Below are positions 37,425 through 45,741 of a stretch of DNA of 64,000 nucleotides, in pieces (position 1 is the first letter of the stretch; every line of letters begins with the position of its first letter). The stretch lies in NCBI GenBank assembly GCA_002362065.1, contig DESX01000013.1:1567-65566 (forward strand), read 5' to 3'. A program made the translations under genes and the position numbers. The notes under the pieces were generated by a model that did no database searches, had not been told where the DNA came from, and was given only the letters and a program-made list of their open reading frames with translations. Source of the DNA: Solobacterium sp. UBA3303 (GTDB lineage: Bacteria > Bacillota_I > Bacilli_A > Erysipelotrichales > Erysipelotrichaceae).

Positions 37425-38945
37425 ATGTCGAAAGGCTCCCTGATCACGTTTGTCCTGGTCGCGGCAGTCTTAGGCTTTTCCTTCTTTTTTGAGCGAAGCG
37501 AAAACCTGATCGTCAGATCAAGACACGAACAGCACAAAGAATACGCATCCGTAAGCGATCTCGGTGAAGATCCTTTTAAGGATGCCTCTTTGTCTAGCCA
37601 CCTGCCGATCCTTGTGATCGAAACAGGCGGGCAGAAGATCCCGGGGGCTCCAGTCGCCAATGCGCTTGGACATCTCGACCACTACGAACTTTCCGATGAC
37701 GGCTCAGACCAGATCAAAGTGAAAGTATCCGAGATCTCCAAAAAAGATTCCTGGCACCACGACAGCGATGAAGCAGACAAGAGCTACGATGCTTTGTTTC
37801 GCATACGCGGCAACTCTTCACGCTGGTTTTCCAAAAAATCCTACCGTATCCGTCTTGTCGATGAAACCCTTCAGGATATCGATGCGCCATTCCTTGACAT
37901 GAAGGAAGGAAATCAATGGGCACTCTACGGACCATTCCTTGACAAGACTTTGATCCGCAATTACATGTGGATGAATATTGCCTCCAGGATCATGCCTGGC
38001 TACACGCCGGAAGTTCGTTTCTGCGAAGTTATGATCGATGGCGAATACCAGGGCGTTTATGTTCTGATGGAGATGATCGAAACGGGTGATGGCCGTGTCG
38101 ATCTGAGTGAATATGAACCGGGCGATCTGGCCATGAGCTATATGGTCAGGATCGAACCGCGCGTCAATCCGGAAAAACAGGTCGATAATTTCTCTTTCTA
38201 TACCTATCGCATGGAGACAGGAAGGAATGTTGAGATCATCTATCCGCCTTTGAAATACCAGGATGAGAGAGTCAAACGCTATGTCGAGACCGACCTTTCG
38301 GAAGTGGAACGCAAGATCTTCGGTGCGGAAACAGCCGATGGAAGCCATGCCTGGAAAGACGAGATCGATCTTGACAGCTTCATCAATTACTACATCATTG
38401 AAGAATTTTTAGGTATCAACGATACCTTCTCCGCTTCGACTTATTTTTACCGCGATGTCAGAGGAAAACTCTGCATCGGTCCGGTCTGGGATTTCAACAA
38501 CGCGCTTGACAACTTCTTCCAGCCGGTGCCGGACGATGATTTCATCCTTGCACAGAGAGGCTGGTTTGCCCAGATGATGAAGGACAAGGATTTCGTCGAA
38601 CGCGCCATACGCCGCTACAAACAGCTAAGAGAAGGCATCCTATCCGATGAAAACCTTTTGACATACATCAAAGAGACCGAAGACTACCTTGGTCCGGCGA
38701 TCGAAAGAAACTTCGAAGTCTGGGGCTACTCCTTTGACCCGGATAAGGTCACAAGCAGAGAGAGACGCAGTTTTATGGAGGGAGGCCTGGATGGCATCCA
38801 TACGCTGAATCCGGAAGATTATGCCGAGGCAAACGAGATGATGATCGATTATCTGCTAGATCATTCCCACTGGCTCGATGAAAACATCGATTCCTTACGC
38901 CAGTATTGTCATCCGTCCAAGTTCTCCGGACAGATCATTGAATAG
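37425..38945 (+). CDS. CotH-family atypical kinase, N-terminally membrane-anchored
   Basis: 506 aa. TM LITFVLVAAVLGFSFFF. CotH-like blocks YRIRLVDE, LYGPFLDKTLIRNYMWMNIA, EVMIDGEYQGVYVLMEMIE and GPVWDFNNA. Confidence 0.75.
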   Translation: MSKGSLITFVLVAAVLGFSFFFERSENLIVRSRHEQHKEYASVSDLGEDPFKDASLSSHLPILVIETGGQKIPGAPVANALGHLDHYELSDDGSDQIKVKVSEISKKDSWHHDSDEADKSYDALFRIRGNSSRWFSKKSYRIRLVDETLQDIDAPFLDMKEGNQWALYGPFLDKTLIRNYMWMNIASRIMPGYTPEVRFCEVMIDGEYQGVYVLMEMIETGDGRVDLSEYEPGDLAMSYMVRIEPRVNPEKQVDNFSFYTYRMETGRNVEIIYPPLKYQDERVKRYVETDLSEVERKIFGAETADGSHAWKDEIDLDSFINYYIIEEFLGINDTFSASTYFYRDVRGKLCIGPVWDFNNALDNFFQPVPDDDFILAQRGWFAQMMKDKDFVERAIRRYKQLREGILSDENLLTYIKETEDYLGPAIERNFEVWGYSFDPDKVTSRERRSFMEGGLDGIHTLNPEDYAEANEMMIDYLLDHSHWLDENIDSLRQYCHPSKFSGQIIE

Positions 38946-38950
38946 AGATT

Positions 38951-41023
38951 ATGAGACGATTCGTTGCGATATTGACAGTTTTGTTCCTGGTCATGGTGGG
39001 TTTCTACTATTCTTACTTCCATGCCGGATTCTATTTCGTAAGTGATGATCAGCCGATCAGCGCATTTTCCTATGCGGCAGGCAAAGAGATCTGCGTCAAT
39101 GAAGAAAAGACAGATATCCGCTGTGTCGATCTTTCCGCATCCCTGCCGGGGAAAAATTACATGGATTTCTCCATGAAAAAAGAAGATTATCTGGAGTGCT
39201 TTTCTCTGATCGAAGATTTAGGAGCCAACGCGGTCCGCGTCTCTTCGATCATGGATCAGGACTTCTACGATTCCTTTTTTGAGTACAACCAGACAAAAGG
39301 AAAGCTGTATTTGATACAGGGCATCTCCTTCAGTGATGCGATCCGAAAGAGTGTAAGGGATGGCTATGATTCCGGTCTTTACGATGAGCTTATCTCAACG
39401 GGAAAGACCGCCATCGATATCATTCACGGCAAAAGGGACATCTTCAATTTTGCCAGAGGCGAGTACGGTTTCTTCCGAAAGGACCTCTCAGATCTCGTAC
39501 TTGGCTTTGAACTGCTGGGCGGTTTTGATCCGGATATGGTCTCCTATACCGACCATCGTTTAGTCAAGGCTAAAACAAGCAGGCGAAATTACGTTTATCC
39601 GTCCGAAGACGCCTCCGTGTTTGAAACTCTGCTTTGTGATGCCATGGATGAGCTGTTCAGCTATGAAGGAAACAAGTATGGAACGCAAAGGCTCATCGGC
39701 GTGCAGATCGACAAGGGCACAGACCTCGTCCATTACGAAGAAGTCTACGAACGCCAGTTAAGCAAGTATGCCTACATCGATCCGCAGCATATCCAGACCA
39801 CTGAAACCAACAAAGCGGGATTCTATGTCGATTACCATCTTTCGATGACGATGATGGACCATGACATCGATCCTTCCACGCAGAAAGCCTACAAGGTACT
39901 TGAAGATCTGAATGAAAGCTACAGCTCCTATTGCGGAATGCTTGGAAGATACCATACGATGCCTTTGATCGCGACTTTCTCGGCCACGTCGGGCTTTCTT
40001 GCGGACAACGTCAATGATGAAGCCAATGATGAGACCATGCAGGGGCAGGAACTCGTCAATACATATAAGACCGTGAAAAACTGCGGTTTTGCCGGTGCAG
40101 CTGTCTCATCCTTGCAGGATATCTATTCGGCAAGCAGTTTCAATACCGCTTTCGCAACAGACACGTCCAACGCCTATTTATGGCACGAACTCTTGTCCGA
40201 AGGACAGAACTCCGGCCTGGTCGCTTTTGAAGCGGAGAGCTCACATTTTGCGGATGGCGATGGAAGCGAATGGAAGGCCGAAGATCTTGTGATCGACGCC
40301 GAAAAGAAAGTCTATCTTTCTTATGATTATGAAGGTCTCCATATCTTTGTCAAAGACGCAAAGGAAAGCGATCTGCTCTACCTTCCTATTGATACAAATG
40401 ACAGCCTTGGTGCAAGGAAAGCCAATGTCTGTCCGTTTGGCTTTGACCGGGCTGCCGACTTCATTTTGAAGATCCATGGAACAGATGATACGATCCTCTA
40501 TGTTCAGGAAAGACAGGATGCGACAAGAGAAAACTTCCGCTACGAGATGGAAGGTGAGAACGCCTTCAGCGATGTTCCGGAGGCGGATACCAATCAGTTC
40601 GTGATCGTCAATTTTGCTTTGAACAATCCTTATCTCACCGACAAGATCGATCCGCAAAGCCGTGCCTTGCAAAGACTGGGCAAACAGGAAGCCGGAAGGC
40701 TCATCCGCGGTAATGGCAACCCATATGATGCGAATTATGATTCTTTGAGCAGTTTCTGCTTTGGTGAAGATGGGGTTGAAGTATTGATCCCATGGCTGAT
40801 GTTAAATGTCGGGGATCCTTGCAACATGCGGATCCATCAGGACTACTATCGTAATTACGGTGTCGATTTCAAGAAGATCGACAAGATCTATATCGGCCTG
40901 AGCAGTGATGCAAGAGTCATTGAACTCAAACCATTCAGTGTCAAAGGCTGGGGCGATGTGAAATATGTGATGCGGACGAAGAAGAGCTATGAAGTTTTAG
41001 GAAATGTCTGGAGGGCTGAATAG
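38951..41023 (+). CDS. large membrane-anchored hypothetical protein (possible glycoside-hydrolase-like N-terminal domain)
   Basis: 690 aa. N-terminal TM FVAILTVLFLVMVGFYY. LIEDLGANAVRVSSIMDQDFYD resembles TIM-barrel glycosidase openings. No confident family. Confidence 0.35.
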   Translation: MRRFVAILTVLFLVMVGFYYSYFHAGFYFVSDDQPISAFSYAAGKEICVNEEKTDIRCVDLSASLPGKNYMDFSMKKEDYLECFSLIEDLGANAVRVSSIMDQDFYDSFFEYNQTKGKLYLIQGISFSDAIRKSVRDGYDSGLYDELISTGKTAIDIIHGKRDIFNFARGEYGFFRKDLSDLVLGFELLGGFDPDMVSYTDHRLVKAKTSRRNYVYPSEDASVFETLLCDAMDELFSYEGNKYGTQRLIGVQIDKGTDLVHYEEVYERQLSKYAYIDPQHIQTTETNKAGFYVDYHLSMTMMDHDIDPSTQKAYKVLEDLNESYSSYCGMLGRYHTMPLIATFSATSGFLADNVNDEANDETMQGQELVNTYKTVKNCGFAGAAVSSLQDIYSASSFNTAFATDTSNAYLWHELLSEGQNSGLVAFEAESSHFADGDGSEWKAEDLVIDAEKKVYLSYDYEGLHIFVKDAKESDLLYLPIDTNDSLGARKANVCPFGFDRAADFILKIHGTDDTILYVQERQDATRENFRYEMEGENAFSDVPEADTNQFVIVNFALNNPYLTDKIDPQSRALQRLGKQEAGRLIRGNGNPYDANYDSLSSFCFGEDGVEVLIPWLMLNVGDPCNMRIHQDYYRNYGVDFKKIDKIYIGLSSDARVIELKPFSVKGWGDVKYVMRTKKSYEVLGNVWRAE

Positions 41024-42088
41024 ATGCGGATAATCATTGAGGGTGTGATCTATTTCTATCTGTTCATTTGTGCGGCACTTCTTCTTTTCAATGTGATCTA
41101 CATCTACCGGCAGACACAGAAAGAGAAAAACAAGGAAAAACGGATCGAAAGCTGGAAACAGAAACTGAAAAAAGACAAACAGAATACGATCCTGGATGAT
41201 AAGACCGTTGAAAAACTCAAGGATGCACAGCATCTGACTGGTCTTTACAATGCGATGGACGCAGTGCTCAAAGACAAGAAGAAACGTCTGACCTTCTACA
41301 AGAAGAACATGGCCGCTTTTCAGAAGCTGGCTCTGGAATATGAAAAACATAATGCCATGGAGAAGGCCTTCTTTGCCTATGTGCTGGCTTCCTTCGAATT
41401 CGACGGTACCGCAAACGAGGGCATCATGTCGCAGATCATGCTGCAGTGCTTTGAAGATTCAACGATCTACTGCAGAGAGAATCTTTTACACGCTTTGTAT
41501 GCGTTAGGAAAGAGCCAGGCGATCGAACATGGCTTTGCCTTGCTCAATGAGAATGACTGGTATCATTCGCCAAAGCTGATCGCGGATGGATTATTGAAAT
41601 ACAGGGGCGATCAGAAGGAACTGTGCGAACGCTTGTGGCGTCACCACGATGAATGGCGCGATTATCTTTTAGTCGGTGTCGTTCAATACGCCTCCATGTG
41701 CAAGGATGATTTCTTCAACGATGAACTGTTAAAAGATCTGCAGGACAAGGATACGCAGGATGAAGTCCGTTTTGCGATCATCCGTTATTTCATGCACCAC
41801 AAGGATGAAAAGATCCTGCCGCTTCTTTTAAGCTATGCCAGGGAAGAAGGGACCGATGACCGCTTTGCGATCCCGGCCTGTCTGAGCCTGCAGTCTTATC
41901 CTTGTGAAGAAAGCATCGATGCCCTGTGTCAGGCGATGCATTCAAGAAACTGGTATGTGCGTAAAAATGCTGTGATCTCTTTATATAAACTCAAAGCCGA
42001 CAAAAAAGCCTCCGAAAATCTGGGGGATGACCGTTATGCAAGAGAGATGTTTGAATATGTCGGCGCATCTTTGAAGGAGGCCGCATGA
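41024..42088 (+). CDS. membrane-anchored HEAT/ARM-like repeat protein
   Basis: 354 aa. N-terminal TM, lysine-rich linker, then helical repeats (LLHALYALGKSQAIEHGFALL, IDALCQAMHSRNWYVRKNAVISLYKL). The ATG directly follows the upstream TAG. Confidence 0.45.
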   Translation: MRIIIEGVIYFYLFICAALLLFNVIYIYRQTQKEKNKEKRIESWKQKLKKDKQNTILDDKTVEKLKDAQHLTGLYNAMDAVLKDKKKRLTFYKKNMAAFQKLALEYEKHNAMEKAFFAYVLASFEFDGTANEGIMSQIMLQCFEDSTIYCRENLLHALYALGKSQAIEHGFALLNENDWYHSPKLIADGLLKYRGDQKELCERLWRHHDEWRDYLLVGVVQYASMCKDDFFNDELLKDLQDKDTQDEVRFAIIRYFMHHKDEKILPLLLSYAREEGTDDRFAIPACLSLQSYPCEESIDALCQAMHSRNWYVRKNAVISLYKLKADKKASENLGDDRYAREMFEYVGASLKEAA

Positions 42089-43488
42089 GCACAATGGTCA
42101 ATGCGATCCTGAAATTCGGTCAGGTCTTCTTCCTGATCTATCTGATGATCTATGCGTCCTATCTTTTCCTTTCGGTCGCGGTCGGTGCCAACAAGCTCTA
42201 TAAGGAAGACCATCGCCGCAGCATCAAGAACGAACTCAAACACGATTACTATTTCCCGGTATCGATCTTAGTACCGGCCTATAACGAGGAAGTCACGATC
42301 ATCGAAAGTGTGGAATCTTTGCTGAGCCTTGATTACCGGCTTTATGAAGTCATCGTCGTCGATGACGGATCCAAGGATGATACCGCAAAAGTTCTGATCG
42401 ATCACTTCCATATGCACAAGGTCTCCAAGCCGATCCGCATTGCCGTACCTTGTAAGCCGATCCTGGAGGTCTATGAGGCTCCGGGCACCAAAAAGAAACT
42501 GACGCTGATCCGCAAAGTAAACGGCGGAAAGGGCGATGCCTTAAATGTAGGCATCAACGCTTCCCAGTATCCGTATTTTGTCTGTATCGATGCAGACTCG
42601 ATGCTGCAGACCGACTCTTTGACCCGTATCATTCAGCCGGCCATGGAAGATGATGATATCGTGGCTGTCGGCGGACTGATCCGTGTGGCACAGTGTGTCC
42701 GTTTTGACGGCGACAAGGTCTCATACCACCTCTCTGACAATTTCTTAGCTTCCATGCAGGTCATGGAATACGACCGTTCCTTCCTGGCTTCAAGGATCTT
42801 ACTGGATGGATTCAACGGCAACCTGATCATTTCCGGTGCCTTTGGCCTGTTCAAGAAGGATGTCGTCATTGCGGCGGGCGGTTATGCCAACAACACGCTG
42901 GGTGAAGATATGGAACTCGTCGCAAAGCTGCACGTCTTCTGCCGCAACAATAATATGCGCTATTCGATCCGCTATGAACCGAATGCCATCTGCTGGTCGC
43001 AGGCTCCTGCTTCTTTAGGCGATCTGATGAAACAGAGACGAAGATGGCACCTGGGTCTGTTCCAGTGCATGACCAGATACGGCTTCATGTTTGGCAAACT
43101 GCGCTATGGACTGGTCGGAACCGTCTCGTATTTCTACTATCTGATGTATGAGCTGTATTCGCCGTTCATCGAAGTCTTCGGTTTATTCGTGACTTTGCTG
43201 GCATTATTCAATGGCCAGCTCAATATACCGTTCCTGATCCGTTTCCATCTTCTGTTTGCGATCTACGGTTCGATCTTAACGATCACCGCATTCTTCCAGA
43301 GGATCTATACGCAAAACCTGAAGATCTCACGAAGCGACCTGTACCGGGCCATACTGATGTGTTTTATTGAAAACATCTTCTTCCGTTTCGTTCTCGATTA
43401 TGTGCGTTTCAATGCCTTTTTAGGCTATGGCAAAAACAAGAACAACTGGGGCTCGATCAAGCGTTTCAAACACTCGGAGGCAAAATAA
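42085..43488 (+). CDS. processive family-2 glycosyltransferase (polysaccharide synthase)
   Basis: 467 aa. VVVDDGSKDDT, DADS, GEDMEL and QRRRW (43033-43047). One or two N-terminal and about 4 C-terminal TM helices. No PilZ domain. ATGA overlap with the upstream gene. Confidence 0.85.
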   Translation: MSTMVNAILKFGQVFFLIYLMIYASYLFLSVAVGANKLYKEDHRRSIKNELKHDYYFPVSILVPAYNEEVTIIESVESLLSLDYRLYEVIVVDDGSKDDTAKVLIDHFHMHKVSKPIRIAVPCKPILEVYEAPGTKKKLTLIRKVNGGKGDALNVGINASQYPYFVCIDADSMLQTDSLTRIIQPAMEDDDIVAVGGLIRVAQCVRFDGDKVSYHLSDNFLASMQVMEYDRSFLASRILLDGFNGNLIISGAFGLFKKDVVIAAGGYANNTLGEDMELVAKLHVFCRNNNMRYSIRYEPNAICWSQAPASLGDLMKQRRRWHLGLFQCMTRYGFMFGKLRYGLVGTVSYFYYLMYELYSPFIEVFGLFVTLLALFNGQLNIPFLIRFHLLFAIYGSILTITAFFQRIYTQNLKISRSDLYRAILMCFIENIFFRFVLDYVRFNAFLGYGKNKNNWGSIKRFKHSEAK

Positions 43489-43494
43489 AGCAAC

Positions 43495-44253
43495 ATGAAA
43501 AAGAAAAAATTCTCATTCCTCAAACTGATCCTGGGCATACTCGTGGTCTTTTTGCTGTTGTGTGCAGGCGGTGTTTTTTACATCTATCAGAAAGTCAATG
43601 ACATCGGAAAATACAAGGATGAATTATCCTATGATTATCAATCGAAGATGGCTGAAAACGAAGGGAAGACCTTTGAAGACTTCATCTTCTACGATAAAGA
43701 GGCGATGGTCTTTGAATATAAAGTTCCTGCCTATTTTCTCTATGAGATCATCAATGAAGAGTCGATGGCTGAAATACTTGCCCTTCCTGAAGAACTTGAG
43801 ATCGCCGATGTCGGCGTGAAGCTGATGTTTGAAGAAAAGGAAGCTGACATCTATCTTTCCTTGAAATACCGCAATCTGATCAACACCTGTCTTGTTATTA
43901 AAACGGATATGCGTCTGAAAGAAGATCAGAGCGCTGTACAGCTTCTTTACAGAGATCTCTTTGTGATCGATGAGGAAGTCAGTGAATACGTCAGACAGAA
44001 CGTCCTGATGGAAAAGGGCACATTGTTATTTGAACACAAGTTCCCTGTCCATGTGCCATACTACAGAATGCCGGATTATCGCCCTGCTTTCATCCATGAT
44101 CTGGATTTTGACAAGGAATACATATACGCAAAATATGATATTGCCTCGGCAATGAAGGAATACCTTGCCCAGACGGAATATAACGAAGATTCCTTTGAAG
44201 AATGCATGGAGAAGGTGTACCTCGAAGTGCGTATGAACGGGATCGCCCATTGA
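43495..44253 (+). CDS. membrane-anchored hypothetical protein
   Basis: 252 aa. N-terminal KKKK plus TM (LKLILGILVVFLLLCAGGVFYIY) and an acidic extracytoplasmic domain. No recognisable family. Confidence 0.4.
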   Translation: MKKKKFSFLKLILGILVVFLLLCAGGVFYIYQKVNDIGKYKDELSYDYQSKMAENEGKTFEDFIFYDKEAMVFEYKVPAYFLYEIINEESMAEILALPEELEIADVGVKLMFEEKEADIYLSLKYRNLINTCLVIKTDMRLKEDQSAVQLLYRDLFVIDEEVSEYVRQNVLMEKGTLLFEHKFPVHVPYYRMPDYRPAFIHDLDFDKEYIYAKYDIASAMKEYLAQTEYNEDSFEECMEKVYLEVRMNGIAH

Positions 44254-44288
44254 ATGTATAATAGAATCGTTAAGAGGAGAATTACTGT

Positions 44289-44801
44289 ATGAAAACTTTG
44301 ATCGCTTATTTCTCGCATATCGGCGAAAATCTTCAGAACAATGAGATCGTTGAACTGAAGAAAGGCAATACGGAAGTCGTTGCAGAAAAACTGCAGCAGC
44401 TCACAGGCGGTGATCTTTACAAGATCGAGGAAGAAGAAGCATATCCTTACAAATATGACGACTGCTTAAGAAGAGCGAGAAGGGAAGATGAAAACAATGA
44501 GCACCCTGCTTTAAAGGGCGGTGTCAAACTGAATATGGACGACTACGATGAAGTCTACATCGGTTTCCCGATCTGGTATCGCACATACCCGAGAGCCGTC
44601 GCAACATTCTTAGGAATGTATGATTTTTCCGGCAAGACCGTTTATCCGTTCTGCACCAATGATGAAGGAACGTTCGGCATTTCTTTATTGGAGATGCAGG
44701 GAAGCATCAAAGGCGCTGAGATCTGCGATGGACTTGCAATCCGCGGTGTCGATGTGAACAATTCCGATGCCCGCATCCGGGCATATGTAGGTCTCTTATG
44801 A
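44289..44801 (+). CDS. flavodoxin-family protein
   Basis: 170 aa. N-terminal LIAYFSHIGEN and FPIWYRTYP pattern seen in short flavodoxin-like proteins. Confidence 0.7.
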   Translation: MKTLIAYFSHIGENLQNNEIVELKKGNTEVVAEKLQQLTGGDLYKIEEEEAYPYKYDDCLRRARREDENNEHPALKGGVKLNMDDYDEVYIGFPIWYRTYPRAVATFLGMYDFSGKTVYPFCTNDEGTFGISLLEMQGSIKGAEICDGLAIRGVDVNNSDARIRAYVGLL

Positions 44802-45637
44802 GAAGAAAAGACGCAGTCTTACTGAACGATCCCGATCCGTTTCATTCGATCGTTCCCTATGTGATGCCAAAGCGCACGGAAGCGGAAGTTTCCACGACCT
44901 GCACCTTTGATATTACGGATCTTCTTTCGATGATCAAGAAGGACAACGAAGAAAAGGGGACCAACTACAAGCTGTTTCATTGCATCTGCACGGCCATCGG
45001 CAAGACGATCTATCATCGTCCGAAGATGAACATCTTCATCGCCGGCCGCAAGTTCTGGCAAAGGAATGACATTACCCTGTCTTTCGTTGCCAAGCAGAGG
45101 TTCGCCGATGAGGCGGAAGAGACGCTGATGACCCTCAAGGTCAAAGAGGACATGGATCTTGATCAGATCTCAAAGATCATCCTGGGCGATGTGAAAAAGG
45201 CAAGAAGTGCCGGCACCAATTCTCTGGACAAGACGATGGAGATCGTCGGCAAGCTGCCGCGTTTCGTTCTGGAGATCTTCTTCTGGATACTCAGCCGCAT
45301 GGAATACCATGGCGTCTATCCGCAGGACCTTGCCAAAGGCGATCCGAATTATACGACCTGCCTGCTTTCAAACCTTGGTTCGATCGGTGCGGATTCCTGT
45401 TATCACCATCTGTCCAACTTCGGTACCAATTCGATGATGGGCACGATCGGTACGATCTATCAGGATGACAAGGGAAGAGACAAAGTCGAGATGACGATCA
45501 CGCTCGATGAAAGGATCGCGGACGGTTTCTATTTCGCAAGATCCCTGAAACTCTTGAAGTACCTTATGGAACATCCGCAGCTTCTGAAAGAAAAGATCGC
45601 CGATCCGATCCCGGAAGAGATCATGAAGAGTTTATAA
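44798..45637 (+). CDS. 2-oxoacid dehydrogenase E2 / CAT-fold acyltransferase-like protein lacking the catalytic His
   Basis: 279 aa. Catalytic-domain-like layout ending in LDERIADG (45506-45526) where E2 enzymes have DHRxxDG. ATGA overlap with the flavodoxin gene. Confidence 0.55.
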   Translation: MRRKDAVLLNDPDPFHSIVPYVMPKRTEAEVSTTCTFDITDLLSMIKKDNEEKGTNYKLFHCICTAIGKTIYHRPKMNIFIAGRKFWQRNDITLSFVAKQRFADEAEETLMTLKVKEDMDLDQISKIILGDVKKARSAGTNSLDKTMEIVGKLPRFVLEIFFWILSRMEYHGVYPQDLAKGDPNYTTCLLSNLGSIGADSCYHHLSNFGTNSMMGTIGTIYQDDKGRDKVEMTITLDERIADGFYFARSLKLLKYLMEHPQLLKEKIADPIPEEIMKSL

Positions 45638-45657
45638 GCCGCTGCTGCGGCTTTTTT
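45636..45657 (+). terminator. intrinsic terminator closing the ten-gene operon
   Basis: aagccgc-tgct-gcggctt followed by tttt. It overlaps the stop codon. Confidence 0.8.
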
Positions 45658-45741
45658 CGTGCGCAGACAATTTCGTTTATCACAGGTATCGTTTTTCTTA
45701 TATAATGTAAGAGGTTACATTTAAGGAGATTTTGTATCATT

